Source: Akkermansia sp. (GTDB lineage Bacteria > Verrucomicrobiota > Verrucomicrobiia > Verrucomicrobiales > Akkermansiaceae). Taken from it: 64,000 nt of DNA. The notes under the pieces were generated by a model. That model ran no database searches. It was not told the origin of the DNA and worked only from the letters and a program-made list of their open reading frames with translations. Below, one piece after another: positions 9,314 through 18,786 of the stretch. Both the position numbers and the translations under genes were made by a program. The DNA is taken from NCBI GenBank assembly GCA_045540095.1, contig JAZQGN010000015.1:89397-153396 (forward strand). Direction: 5' to 3'. Position 1 is the first letter of the stretch. The number at the start of each line of letters is the position of its first letter.

Positions 9314-11443
9314 TCAGAGAGATTTTCGCAGTTTAAGTGTGCTGCTTTCCTGGGAGGTGAGGAACTTGATTCTATCCAGCGGAAGATGCGGCAGAACGAT
9401 GAGAGGATTAAATTGGGGTTGATTGTAGGTCAGAGTAAGTCTAGCCTCCTGCTCATTGCAGCGTAACTGGATCTCGACTTGGGTATCCGGTGTGAAAACG
9501 TTAAGTATAGCGATAAGAGCCGCTTGCAATTCTGTAATACTATCGGGAGCCGCAAAAACGCTTTCTAATTTTTCCTGTAGTGTTTTTACAAATGCCGCAG
9601 GCTCTCCTGCTGCAAAGGTCGTGTGATAATTGATGGCCCACTTTCCCCGGTATTCAAGAGACAGCATGGTGATATCGCTGTTCTGTTCCATATTGCCGGT
9701 AAATTGCTGGAGCGAAGCACGCACCCCGCGTATTGTATCAGCCACGGTGCTTGTTTCCCGTTTAAGAGCCTCTTGAAGACGAGCCGCACCAAAGGGGGTA
9801 TAATCTGAATCTACGGCGTTTATTACGCCCTGTGTATAGAGGAAGAGTCTGTCTCCAGGCTGCAGTGTGAAGCGACACTCATTATAAGCAGCGCCTGAAT
9901 ACGCGCCTAATACAGCACCGGAATGCATGGAGAGCATCTCATAGTTAGCCCCAACATGGCAAAGCAGTGCTTGGGGGGTACCGGCATTCACATAGCGAAG
10001 GTCTCCTGTGGTGATATTGAGACGCCCATAAAAGAGAGAAAGCTTCATATCAGCTCCCTCACGGCAAAGGATTTTATTAGTACCGGTAACAAGCTCTCGC
10101 GGAGTTGCTCCAGTATTTGCAAGTTCGCGGATGATGGAGATGGCGCGCATCATGAACAACGCCGCAGGGATACCGGAGTCAGACACATCACCCAGCAGGA
10201 AACAGATGTGTTTATCATCCGGCATGAAAAAGTCATAAAAATCACCACCTACCATCTGAGCTTGGAGGCATGAGGCGTATATATCAAAGTCCGTTCTGTC
10301 CGGGAAGGCGGGAAACTTACTAGGAAGCACAGTATGTTGGATGGCCGCGGCGAGATGCAGCTCTTTCATGAGATGCTCGCGCTTCTGGTCCGCATATGAC
10401 TGAAGAGAATCCACCATTGCATTTATGCCAGTGGAAAGTCTCGTAAACTCCGGAGTGCTTTTTTCCTCAATTCTTTCTTCCGTATATCCTTCAGTTATAC
10501 GGCGAAGTCCGTTATTGATGCGCCGCAAGCCACGCAGCACGTAGACGCGTAGCAGTAACCACACAACCACGAACATGAGCAGGAACAAGCCCATATTGCT
10601 CAACAGCATATAGCGCAGAGATTTGAAGCTCACCTTGCTGATTTCCTGCCACGGCATAAAGGAGACAAGCCTGATGCCATTCTCCTCAATGGCATATGTA
10701 GCATAGCTCACGCCTCCCGAGCTTACCTCGCCTACAGAGTTCAGCGGCAGAGAGAGAAGGGTGGATGTGGGGAGATTCAGAGCTCCGCGGTTCAGTAGCT
10801 GGCCATCACGGAAGGCGATGACATGCTCACTCGCTCCCCGCATGATCTGCTCAATCAGAGAGTCATACCCGATGGCTTCACGTACAGACTGCTCATGCTG
10901 AACTGCAAAGCCCAGCTGGAGTACGCCGGGCGCATCCGGGCGTGTCACTCCGGCGTATTGCAGAAGTTTGCCGTCCAATGCACTGTTTCTGGGGCGCTGC
11001 ACTAATTCGTGCCCCGGCTCATTGATACAGGCAAGAAAGTAGCGGCTCTGTTCATGGTCACCCAATCTAAAGCCAACGACATTTTTCGGGACACCAGCAA
11101 TGATGGTGCCCTCTTCGTTACTGATGCAAAGCTGAGTGGCGCCAAGCTCATTGCATAAGCCCTGCATGAGTTCATAGTTCTCAATGATAGCCGGATTTTG
11201 GCTAATGATTCTGGCCGCAGCTCGAGTTCGTTCAAGCGTGCTGCGGTCATTAATCTGCTCCACATGGCGCATGTTATTCTGTGTGAAGCGAATCAGCAAC
11301 ATAAGGTCATGGAGACGATTGCTCATCAGAGCCTTCGCTCGAGATTCAGCTTGCTGCTGGAACTGGAGGAATGACAGCAGGCCAGCCACGGCAAAAGCCG
11401 AACATATCAGCACCAGCAGCCATGTGAGAAACTTCCTTTGCAT
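9314..11443 (-). CDS. membrane sensor with extracytoplasmic Cache-like domain, HAMP and a degenerate PP2C/SpoIIE phosphatase domain
   Basis: two TM segments, HAMP-like (LRRINNGLRRITEG..PEFTRLSTGINAM), LAAAIQ, VGGDFYDF, GDVSDSG, LFLYTQG, NSDITML; start moved to MQRKFL at 11443. Confidence 0.88.
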   Translation of the reverse strand: MQRKFLTWLLVLICSAFAVAGLLSFLQFQQQAESRAKALMSNRLHDLMLLIRFTQNNMRHVEQINDRSTLERTRAAARIISQNPAIIENYELMQGLCNELGATQLCISNEEGTIIAGVPKNVVGFRLGDHEQSRYFLACINEPGHELVQRPRNSALDGKLLQYAGVTRPDAPGVLQLGFAVQHEQSVREAIGYDSLIEQIMRGASEHVIAFRDGQLLNRGALNLPTSTLLSLPLNSVGEVSSGGVSYATYAIEENGIRLVSFMPWQEISKVSFKSLRYMLLSNMGLFLLMFVVVWLLLRVYVLRGLRRINNGLRRITEGYTEERIEEKSTPEFTRLSTGINAMVDSLQSYADQKREHLMKELHLAAAIQHTVLPSKFPAFPDRTDFDIYASCLQAQMVGGDFYDFFMPDDKHICFLLGDVSDSGIPAALFMMRAISIIRELANTGATPRELVTGTNKILCREGADMKLSLFYGRLNITTGDLRYVNAGTPQALLCHVGANYEMLSMHSGAVLGAYSGAAYNECRFTLQPGDRLFLYTQGVINAVDSDYTPFGAARLQEALKRETSTVADTIRGVRASLQQFTGNMEQNSDITMLSLEYRGKWAINYHTTFAAGEPAAFVKTLQEKLESVFAAPDSITELQAALIAILNVFTPDTQVEIQLRCNEQEARLTLTYNQPQFNPLIVLPHLPLDRIKFLTSQESSTLKLRKSL

Positions 11444-11600
11444 GTATTCCCGCTTTTTCTCCGAGTATATTACCATGATTTGAGGAGAAATGCAAGCATA
11501 GAATTACACACCACTAAACTCTTGCCATTTAAAAAAACGAAGTCGGAAATCTTTTAAACTAACCAAAGGTGATAATCATCCATAGAGGTCAGGGGATGAA

Positions 11601-11634
11601 AAGGGGGAAGAACGGTAATAAGTTCTTCCCCCTT
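11601..11634 (-). terminator. intrinsic terminator after GH16
   Basis: AAGGGGGAAGAAC-8 nt-GTTCTTCCCCCTT 13-bp stem followed by T residues on the minus strand. Confidence 0.8.
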
Positions 11635-11659
11635 GTGGATGCGATGAAATATAAAGGCA

Positions 11660-12592
11660 TTATGGCCTGCGGCGACGTGCTGCCAGGCCAGCCAAAGCTA
11701 ACAGACTCAATGTAGCTGTAGTAGGCTCTGGTACATTGGTGGGGGTGGAGTAGACACGCACATAGTCAATCGTCATGGCAACTCCGTCACCAATGTCACC
11801 GATATTACCTACCCAACCTCCACCTAACTGCATGTCCAGCAAGAGGTAATAGGGGTTGTTGTCCTTGTTGAAAGGCCAATTGGGATTGCCCTCCTGTGCT
11901 TGGAGGGTGAGGGTGCTCCTACCATCCATATAGAATGTAACGGCCTCCGGAGTCCACTCTACACCATACGTATGGAATGCCGCCTTATCTTCCTGAGTCA
12001 TGAAGTATGCGGTGCTGGTGCCATTTGCGCCTACGGTTGAATTAGAAACGGCATTACCCCATTGATTATTATAATGCACTGTCTGGTAAATGATGCCGTC
12101 CCAGTTCAAATGCTCCATAATATCGATTTCTCCCGTCTGGGGCCAAGGACCAGCGGTAGGCATCATCCAAATCGCAGGCCAAGCGCCCTGTGCGCAGTCG
12201 AACTTGGCACGAACCTCCACATATCCGTATTGGAAAGTGAAGGTCTTGTCTGTAAAGATACCGCCGCAGGCATAGGTATCATTAGCGCCTGTTGGGTCAT
12301 TTTGGCTGGTATAGTCGCCATACTTACCCCACAAGGAAACAGTGCCATCCCCGTTTACTGTCACTAAGGATTCATCTCGGGACTGATAGCGAGACCAATC
12401 CACGGTCCAGTTCACATACTCAAACCTATTCCATTTAGTGGTATCCAAGCGCGTGCCGGAAAAATCATCATTGAACACCATCGTCCACTCCGGGTGAGTA
12501 GATTGCCAGCCTGTATAATCATCAGCCTGTGCAGTAGATACAGTGGCAGGCGAAGCTGCCGCTAACAGTAAGCCGTATAAATGCTTTTTCAT
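11660..12592 (-). CDS. GH16 glycoside hydrolase with signal peptide and PEP-CTERM sorting signal
   Basis: MKKHLYGLLLAAA signal; F.DDFSG, YGYVEVRAK, GAWPAIWMMP, GEIDIMEH catalytic motif, FHTYGVEW, IDYVRVY; C-terminal VPEP-TM-RRRR. Confidence 0.93.
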   Translation of the reverse strand: MKKHLYGLLLAAASPATVSTAQADDYTGWQSTHPEWTMVFNDDFSGTRLDTTKWNRFEYVNWTVDWSRYQSRDESLVTVNGDGTVSLWGKYGDYTSQNDPTGANDTYACGGIFTDKTFTFQYGYVEVRAKFDCAQGAWPAIWMMPTAGPWPQTGEIDIMEHLNWDGIIYQTVHYNNQWGNAVSNSTVGANGTSTAYFMTQEDKAAFHTYGVEWTPEAVTFYMDGRSTLTLQAQEGNPNWPFNKDNNPYYLLLDMQLGGGWVGNIGDIGDGVAMTIDYVRVYSTPTNVPEPTTATLSLLALAGLAARRRRP

Positions 12593-12770
12593 AAGTGATG
12601 CGCTTGTATGTGGTATGGAGAGAGGGAGAAAAGACTCCAAAAAGAGTTCTTGTAATCTCATCTCAGATTATGCCATAATACCCGTACGGATGATTCCGTC
12701 AAGGTAAAAGAGAGCAAGCTGACGAGCTTTTGCGAAGAGTTAAGGGTCAATAGAAAGATAAATTGATGAT

Positions 12771-13421
12771 TTATTTCTCTATGGGCAACTTACTCAGGGC
12801 CTCCTGAATGGAGGGTGGGCAGTTATAACGGGCAGATTTAAGAGCGTCTTCGCTGATATATGCTCCTGCTTTCCCAAGCAAGGGGATGAGCTCAACTGCA
12901 TTCTGAACGGCTTGTGAATCTGGTGTGTCCACCGCTTCGAATACAAGTTCATCGCGGTCTACCATGGCGTCTGGTATGAAGTCTGCACATGTTCCTTGCC
13001 GCAATAGTTCTAGGGCCTTTTCCATAGCTCCGCTTTCCGGCCCTGCAAGAGGATCAGTAGCGGCGAGGACGGCCTCTTCTAGTACTGTGCGCATGTGGTC
13101 ACGATAAGCAGCACGGAAAAATATTACCACGATGGGCACTAGCACCATCAGAAACGGCACGGCGAAAAGCACGATCATGGCTGCACCACTAGGCATATAC
13201 CCCTCCTCACGGGGAGTCACAGAAAAGGCCGCCACTCCGTACAGCAGGACACACAGCCAGCAAAGGGATATTACCTGCATCACCGAACGGCGTGGCCAAT
13301 AGAGAAGGACTGACGTTCCAACAGCTCCCCAGAGAGCAGGTTGCATGGGAGCTTCCATGCCGGAATACCAGCCGAGTGCGAAAAACAATGCAGCTGATGC
13401 GAAAATGAAAATGGATTTCAT
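12771..13421 (-). CDS. hypothetical membrane protein (about 4 TM plus soluble tail)
   Basis: 216-aa ORF directly after panB; four hydrophobic segments; start taken at MKSIFIF. Confidence 0.65.
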   Translation of the reverse strand: MKSIFIFASAALFFALGWYSGMEAPMQPALWGAVGTSVLLYWPRRSVMQVISLCWLCVLLYGVAAFSVTPREEGYMPSGAAMIVLFAVPFLMVLVPIVVIFFRAAYRDHMRTVLEEAVLAATDPLAGPESGAMEKALELLRQGTCADFIPDAMVDRDELVFEAVDTPDSQAVQNAVELIPLLGKAGAYISEDALKSARYNCPPSIQEALSKLPIEK

Positions 13422-13461
13422 GTCAATCCTCCGACGTTTGCCACGGGGCAGCTGTTGAATA

Positions 13462-14226
13462 TCAGATAGGCTTCTGAACCTCAGCAATGTATTCTTTCAC
13501 AGAACGTGTGATTTCGGTGGCTATATCCGCCTTGGGGCGAGCAAATGACGGGATGAACCACGGATATGCACCCACCAAGTCATGGAATACAGCAACCTCA
13601 CCATCACAAGTGCCTCGGCCCGCGCCGATGCCGATAGTGATGATGGGACATGCTTCAGTAATCGCCTTGGCTACAGCATGCTTGGTACACTCGATAACCA
13701 CGGAGAATGCGCCGGCACGTACCACCGCCTCCATATCACGCATGATAGCAGCCGCTTCCTCGTCCGTCTTGCCATGCATGCGGTAGCCACCTTCTTCCTT
13801 CACTTTCTGGGGCAGGAGTCCGATATGGCCCTGCACGGGAATCCCCGCTTGGGTAATGGCACGAATTTGCGCTTCCATGGCTTCGCCACCTTCAAGCTTT
13901 ACAGCATCAGCGCCCACCGCCATGAGAGCGCGTGCCGTTTCTAGAGCTTGTTCCGGGGTGTTGTATGTATTGATAGGCATGTCAGCCACTACCACAGCAT
14001 TTTTTGCAGCACGGGCCACAGCCTCTACATGGTGAAGCATATGCGCGAGGGTTACGTGGGTGGTGTCCGGGTAGCCGAGCATAACCATACCGAGCGAATC
14101 ACCCACAAGAATCATATCCACTCCAGCCTCATCCACGAGGCGGGCAGTGGGGTAATCATAAGCTGTCAGTTCAGAAACAGGCACATTACCCTTACGGGCG
14201 ATGATTGCGGCGATTTTGCTGTTCAT
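13462..14226 (-). CDS. panB: 3-methyl-2-oxobutanoate hydroxymethyltransferase
   Basis: LTAYD, ILVGDSLGM, VADMP, AVKLEGG, GHIGLLPQ, IGIGAG. Confidence 0.96.
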   Translation of the reverse strand: MNSKIAAIIARKGNVPVSELTAYDYPTARLVDEAGVDMILVGDSLGMVMLGYPDTTHVTLAHMLHHVEAVARAAKNAVVVADMPINTYNTPEQALETARALMAVGADAVKLEGGEAMEAQIRAITQAGIPVQGHIGLLPQKVKEEGGYRMHGKTDEEAAAIMRDMEAVVRAGAFSVVIECTKHAVAKAITEACPIITIGIGAGRGTCDGEVAVFHDLVGAYPWFIPSFARPKADIATEITRSVKEYIAEVQKPI

Positions 14227-14236
14227 GGCTATTCAA

Positions 14237-14737
14237 TTACAAATCAAAAGGAACGACCTGCGGCCTCTCGGCGGGCAGGGCAGCAAGAAGTTCACTCACC
14301 GTAAGAGGTTGTCCGGGAAGGCGCAGTTGCGGGTCTATATCACAAAGAGGTCTCAGAACAAACTCGCGTATGTGTGCGCGGGGATGCGGGAGTGTCAGCT
14401 CAGGCGTATTCATTATGGTTTCGCCGTGATAAATCACATCCACATCACAGGTGCGGGGTGCGCCGTACTCGCCGGTACGTTCACGGCCAAGCTCATTTTC
14501 AATTTTCTGGCAGAGAGAAAGGAGCGCTTCTGGCTCCATATCCGTGCTTACCTCTACACAGGCATTCAGAAACAGGGGGGAGCCTTCCGGGCAGCCGACC
14601 GGCTCCGTTTCATATAATTGGGAAAGGCGGAGGCTGCCGAAGACGTCGGCCAGGTAATCACAAGCTCGTTCCAACGTGGCTAATCTATCTCCCACGTTGG
14701 AACCAAGAGCTATACAGGCTTTGACAGGTTCAGTCAT
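14237..14737 (-). CDS. folK: 2-amino-4-hydroxy-6-hydroxymethyldihydropteridine diphosphokinase
   Basis: IALGSNVGDR, YETEPVG, FLNA, PRTCDVD, LTLPHPR, RxFVLxPL; start overlaps dapB stop. Confidence 0.93.
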   Translation of the reverse strand: MTEPVKACIALGSNVGDRLATLERACDYLADVFGSLRLSQLYETEPVGCPEGSPLFLNACVEVSTDMEPEALLSLCQKIENELGRERTGEYGAPRTCDVDVIYHGETIMNTPELTLPHPRAHIREFVLRPLCDIDPQLRLPGQPLTVSELLAALPAERPQVVPFDL

Positions 14738-15461
14738 TGAAACCCAGCACATCCTGCATGGTGTAGAGACCGGCGGGCTTATCGGCCAGCCAGAGAGCGG
14801 CGCGAACGGCGCCACTGGCAAAAGTCATACGGCTGGACGCCTTGTGCGTGAGTTCCACGCGCTCGCCATCCGTAGCATACATGACGGTGTGATCACCTAC
14901 TACGTCACCACCACGCATGGAGTGCATACCAATCTGGGCTTGCGGGCGGGCTCCCACGAGACCATTGCGACCGTGCATCACGTCCTTTTCGTAGTCTAAA
15001 CCGGTAACATCACATACCACTTCAGCCAGAGTGCGAGCGGTCCCGCTGGGAGCATCCAGCTTGTGATGGTGGTGCATCTCGATAATTTCAATATCGTAAT
15101 CCTTCAGGATGGCGGTAGCCTTACGAGTGAGCCAGAAGAGGGTGTTTACGCCCACGGAATAGTTGCTGGCGAATACGATAGGAATCTGCTTAGCTGCCTC
15201 AGAGATAGCAGCTTTTTCCTCTGCTGTATGACCGGTGGTGCCGATAACGAGGGGCTTGCCCTGTGCTACGGCTGTAGCCAACAGTTCGGGGGTGAAGCCG
15301 TGGAAGGAGAAGTCAATGGCAATTTCTGCCTGCTGCATGGCAGCTGTGATATCCTGACCTACATCATGTGTGGAGGCCAGTTCCGCGCCGGACGTCAACT
15401 CTACAGCCTGCTTCACAGCCTGTCCCATGCGGCCAGAAATGCCCGTAACGAGAATTTTCAT
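14730..15461 (-). CDS. dapB: 4-hydroxy-tetrahydrodipicolinate reductase
   Basis: GISGRMG, VIGTTG, ASNYSVG, EMHHHHKLDAPSGTA, RGGDVVGDH, FASGA. Confidence 0.97.
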   Translation of the reverse strand: MKILVTGISGRMGQAVKQAVELTSGAELASTHDVGQDITAAMQQAEIAIDFSFHGFTPELLATAVAQGKPLVIGTTGHTAEEKAAISEAAKQIPIVFASNYSVGVNTLFWLTRKATAILKDYDIEIIEMHHHHKLDAPSGTARTLAEVVCDVTGLDYEKDVMHGRNGLVGARPQAQIGMHSMRGGDVVGDHTVMYATDGERVELTHKASSRMTFASGAVRAALWLADKPAGLYTMQDVLGFND

Positions 15462-15469
15462 ATGATTAT

Positions 15470-16351
15470 TTACAGGAGGTTGTAGCTTTTGAGAAGGTCT
15501 GCAAGTATACCATGCTTCTCCTCTGCCAGAGACACGAGAGGCATGCGGATTTCCCAGCTCATATCACCACGAAGGGCCATAGCAGCCTTAATCGGAACGG
15601 GATTGCCATCCAGACTCATCAGCCCCTTCATCAAGGGATAATACTTTTTCTGTAGCTTTAGAGCCTTTTTGCCGTCACCGGAAAGCGCGCTATCTACCAG
15701 AGCTTTCATCTCAGCGGGAGCTACGTTGGAGGTAACAGATACGAGCCCCACAGCACCACAGGAGATGAAAGGCACGGTCAGACCGTCATCGCCGCTAAGA
15801 ACTGCAAAATCCTCAGGAAGAGCCTGTACAAGCTGGTTCACTCGCTCCACACTGCCACCGGCTTCCTTAATAGCTACAATGTTCGGACAATCCTTTGCCA
15901 GTCTTGCCACGGTATTTACAGCAATTTCAATACCGCTACGACCGGGAATGCTGTACAGCATGATGGGCAGGGAGGTGGCATCTGCCACGGCTTTGAAGTG
16001 GCGGTAGACGCCTTCCTGACTGGGCTTGTTGTAGTAGGGGCACACCTGAAGGGTGCCGTCTGCGCCCATAGCCTCCGCTTCCTTTGTCATTTCAATGGCT
16101 TCATCAGTGCTGTTGGAACCGGTGCCGGCAATAACCTGACAGCGCCCTGCAGCAAACTGAACTGCAAGTCGAATGACTTCCATATGCTCACTGTGACTGA
16201 GGGTGGGACTTTCACCGGTGGTACCAACCGGCACGATGCCGTCCACACCACCGGCAATCTGAGCCTCAATCAGAGCCTTCAGCGCGTCGGTGTCAACTTT
16301 ATTATCCTTGAAAGGGGTGACAATAGCTGTGTAAAGTCCGTGGTACTTCAT
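15470..16351 (-). CDS. dapA: 4-hydroxy-tetrahydrodipicolinate synthase
   Basis: AIVTPF, GTTGESPTL, GTGSNST, PYYNKP, LYSIPGR, AIKEA, LSGDD, NPVPIK. Confidence 0.97.
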   Translation of the reverse strand: MKYHGLYTAIVTPFKDNKVDTDALKALIEAQIAGGVDGIVPVGTTGESPTLSHSEHMEVIRLAVQFAAGRCQVIAGTGSNSTDEAIEMTKEAEAMGADGTLQVCPYYNKPSQEGVYRHFKAVADATSLPIMLYSIPGRSGIEIAVNTVARLAKDCPNIVAIKEAGGSVERVNQLVQALPEDFAVLSGDDGLTVPFISCGAVGLVSVTSNVAPAEMKALVDSALSGDGKKALKLQKKYYPLMKGLMSLDGNPVPIKAAMALRGDMSWEIRMPLVSLAEEKHGILADLLKSYNLL

Positions 16352-16427
16352 AATATCTCGCCGTCATTATAGCACAATCTGCCTAAAAGTCACGCTTTTT
16401 TGCTGCGAAAGTATAGCTAAATGCAGA

Positions 16428-16458
16428 GCCCCCTGCAGAGAATAGCTCTGCAGGGGGC
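16428..16458. terminator. strong hairpin after the large exported protein gene (terminator or stabiliser)
   Basis: GCCCCCTGCAGAG-aatag-CTCTGCAGGGGGC 13-bp stem; the A-tract lies on the wrong side for a classical minus-strand terminator. Confidence 0.5.
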
Positions 16459-16484
16459 AAAAAAGGCGTTTTCTGAATAAGTAA

Positions 16485-18668
16485 TTAGATATTCAGTTTC
16501 ACGCGGATGCGAGTGGTTGCTGCGCCGTTCGATGTCGTTGAAGTGATATCAATGCGCTTCACATAAATCGCGACATTCTCCAGAGCCTGGGCTACTTCGG
16601 CAACCTCTTCTGCACGGCGGAGCTCAGCAGAACGAGCGGGACGAGGTGACACATATTCATCTTCTGCGATATAGCTGCGACGTCCCTTAACTCTTCTTGC
16701 GTTTGTCCGTGCGGGACCCGCCGGTGCCTGAGGAGCTGCTGCTTCACGCATGGCATTAGCTGCGCCGCGTGTAGCAGAGGCAAGCGCACGCATATTCAGA
16801 GTTGCCACTGCACCACAGAAATCCATTGTACCAGTGGCAGAGGAAGCAACATTTGCATTATAGGCAGAGGAGGTTCCCATAGTGAAAGCCGTGTCGCTCA
16901 CGGTAATATTCGGCACAAAATCTGTGGAGAACCAGGGCAAAGCCACGCTATATGAGGATGTGTTTCCCCTTGCGGAAGGTACGATGGGAAGCATGCGAAC
17001 CACTGAGGGGTCACTACCCAACTTGGTGGCAACATTACCGGCTACAGTGAGAAGTTGCTCCCATCCTTGGCTCAGCTTGCTGCGATCCGTCACGCCGGCA
17101 TAGAAGCTGATTCGTGGGAAGGCATGAGTATTACCGGGCTTGCCACCTAAAACAGAGGGGAAACTGCCTGCGTTATCAATAGTGAAGGCATAGCTATTCC
17201 CCAGTCCGCTGCAGATAGTTTCGCCAGCTCCAATAAGGTCTTTCAGGTCCGGCAGGAACTCTCTGGCCTGAGCAAGCTTCCGGTTTGCTGTAGCTTGTCT
17301 ATGCTGAGGCATGGTCGCTATAAAGCCGTCAACTAAGTTAACTGCAGAATCAAGAAGCTGCATAGTAGTGGGCATATTGGGCATTGTCCACGGAGAACTT
17401 TCACAGTAGAACACGGTCTCAGGACGGTCCGGAAGAGAAGTGAGAGCCAATCTGCCGGGGCTGTATTGGACGGCAGAATTATTAGTCGTGACCTGAATCT
17501 CCACAGCTGAATCATTATACCAGACAAGTGCGATATCACTGGCACTTCCCTTGTTTTTGCTCAGGGTTGAGACTGCATTTGTAATCGTCCTTGCCCCTGC
17601 GGCTGCGGCGGACATCGTTTCCTGATTTGCTCCGGGCGTTCTGGAAAGTTCAGAATAGATGCCGGATATAAGATTGCCCATTCCCAACCAAGGTTGCATC
17701 TGTATTCTGTTCAGAGTAGAGCTGATGCCGGGAGCGGCATAGGAAAGCAGGATGGGAGAGTTCTGAAGATATGCATCTGCGGCAGAAAGCTTGTTCGTAC
17801 TGAGAATGGATTGAGCAGGAGAATCCGCAAGTTGTATATCTTCGGCTTTTTCGCATATGACGGCTACGAGATCTGCGCCTACCTGTTTAACCATCACATA
17901 GATGGTACGGCCATCAATTGCCTCTCTTAATGCCGTCTGAATCTCATTGTTATTTCCGGAGGCTCGGATAAACTCATCAGCGGGAATGGTCAATTTGATA
18001 CCGTCAAAACCATTAGCCGAGTAAACCTCGCGCGTATCATTCGGATTACCCTCGCCTATATTGTCCGTAAGTGCGCCAAGAAGGAGCTCTTTCCACTGAG
18101 CAGGAGTTGCAGAGGTTCCATTTGTGGAGACAACAGCATACATCGGGGGCAACTTAACAGAGCTTGCCCCATTCACGGCTGATGCCAATACTTGGCGAAC
18201 ATATGCCTCAGTGAGATTTTTAATAACCGGCCCGGCGGGAGATGCTGCAGACCTTTCCCATTGAGAGAAGAACTTCATACAGTCTTTTATACCGTCAGCT
18301 TGCTCAATAGCAGCGTATGAATATATATCACCTACACATGCTAACGAAGCTCCTAAGCCCTTGCCAAAAGCAATGCTGATGCCATCCACAGAATCCAAAC
18401 CGGGAGGAATCTGTCCGGCACTACCGGTCATGGCTGCTATAGCAACAAGGCCGGGACCAACATGATTAAGCGTCATAACCATCTCCACATCTGCCGGAAT
18501 ATAGGCGAGAGCAGGGTAAGCAGCGGCTCTCTGGCTAATAGAAGCAGTTGCTGCGTTTCCTGTCGCGACCATGGAAGAATAAACATGGGCGGAAGTCTCT
18601 TGGGACACCTGTGCATAGATGGGTGCCGCAGTTGCGGCTAACATCATGAGTGTTGTACGAATATTCAT
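16485..18668 (-). CDS. large exported hypothetical protein (727 aa)
   Basis: long ORF, signal peptide MNIRTTLMMLAATAAPIYA, own promoter (TTTACA-16-TATAAT); no catalytic motif recognised. Confidence 0.8.
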   Translation of the reverse strand: MNIRTTLMMLAATAAPIYAQVSQETSAHVYSSMVATGNAATASISQRAAAYPALAYIPADVEMVMTLNHVGPGLVAIAAMTGSAGQIPPGLDSVDGISIAFGKGLGASLACVGDIYSYAAIEQADGIKDCMKFFSQWERSAASPAGPVIKNLTEAYVRQVLASAVNGASSVKLPPMYAVVSTNGTSATPAQWKELLLGALTDNIGEGNPNDTREVYSANGFDGIKLTIPADEFIRASGNNNEIQTALREAIDGRTIYVMVKQVGADLVAVICEKAEDIQLADSPAQSILSTNKLSAADAYLQNSPILLSYAAPGISSTLNRIQMQPWLGMGNLISGIYSELSRTPGANQETMSAAAAGARTITNAVSTLSKNKGSASDIALVWYNDSAVEIQVTTNNSAVQYSPGRLALTSLPDRPETVFYCESSPWTMPNMPTTMQLLDSAVNLVDGFIATMPQHRQATANRKLAQAREFLPDLKDLIGAGETICSGLGNSYAFTIDNAGSFPSVLGGKPGNTHAFPRISFYAGVTDRSKLSQGWEQLLTVAGNVATKLGSDPSVVRMLPIVPSARGNTSSYSVALPWFSTDFVPNITVSDTAFTMGTSSAYNANVASSATGTMDFCGAVATLNMRALASATRGAANAMREAAAPQAPAGPARTNARRVKGRRSYIAEDEYVSPRPARSAELRRAEEVAEVAQALENVAIYVKRIDITSTTSNGAATTRIRVKLNI

Positions 18669-18727
18669 ATGTACCATCATTATAAAATTTAATTACAATC
18701 TGTAAAGCTAAATTTAGATAAGCTGAC

Positions 18728-18758
18728 AAAAAAGAGGGCTCCCAAAATGGAAGCCCTC
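18728..18758 (-). terminator. intrinsic terminator after adk
   Basis: GAGGGCT.CC stem-loop followed by T6 on the minus strand. Confidence 0.75.
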
Positions 18759-18786
18759 GTTATTAATAGTTTGTGAAATGCTGGTA

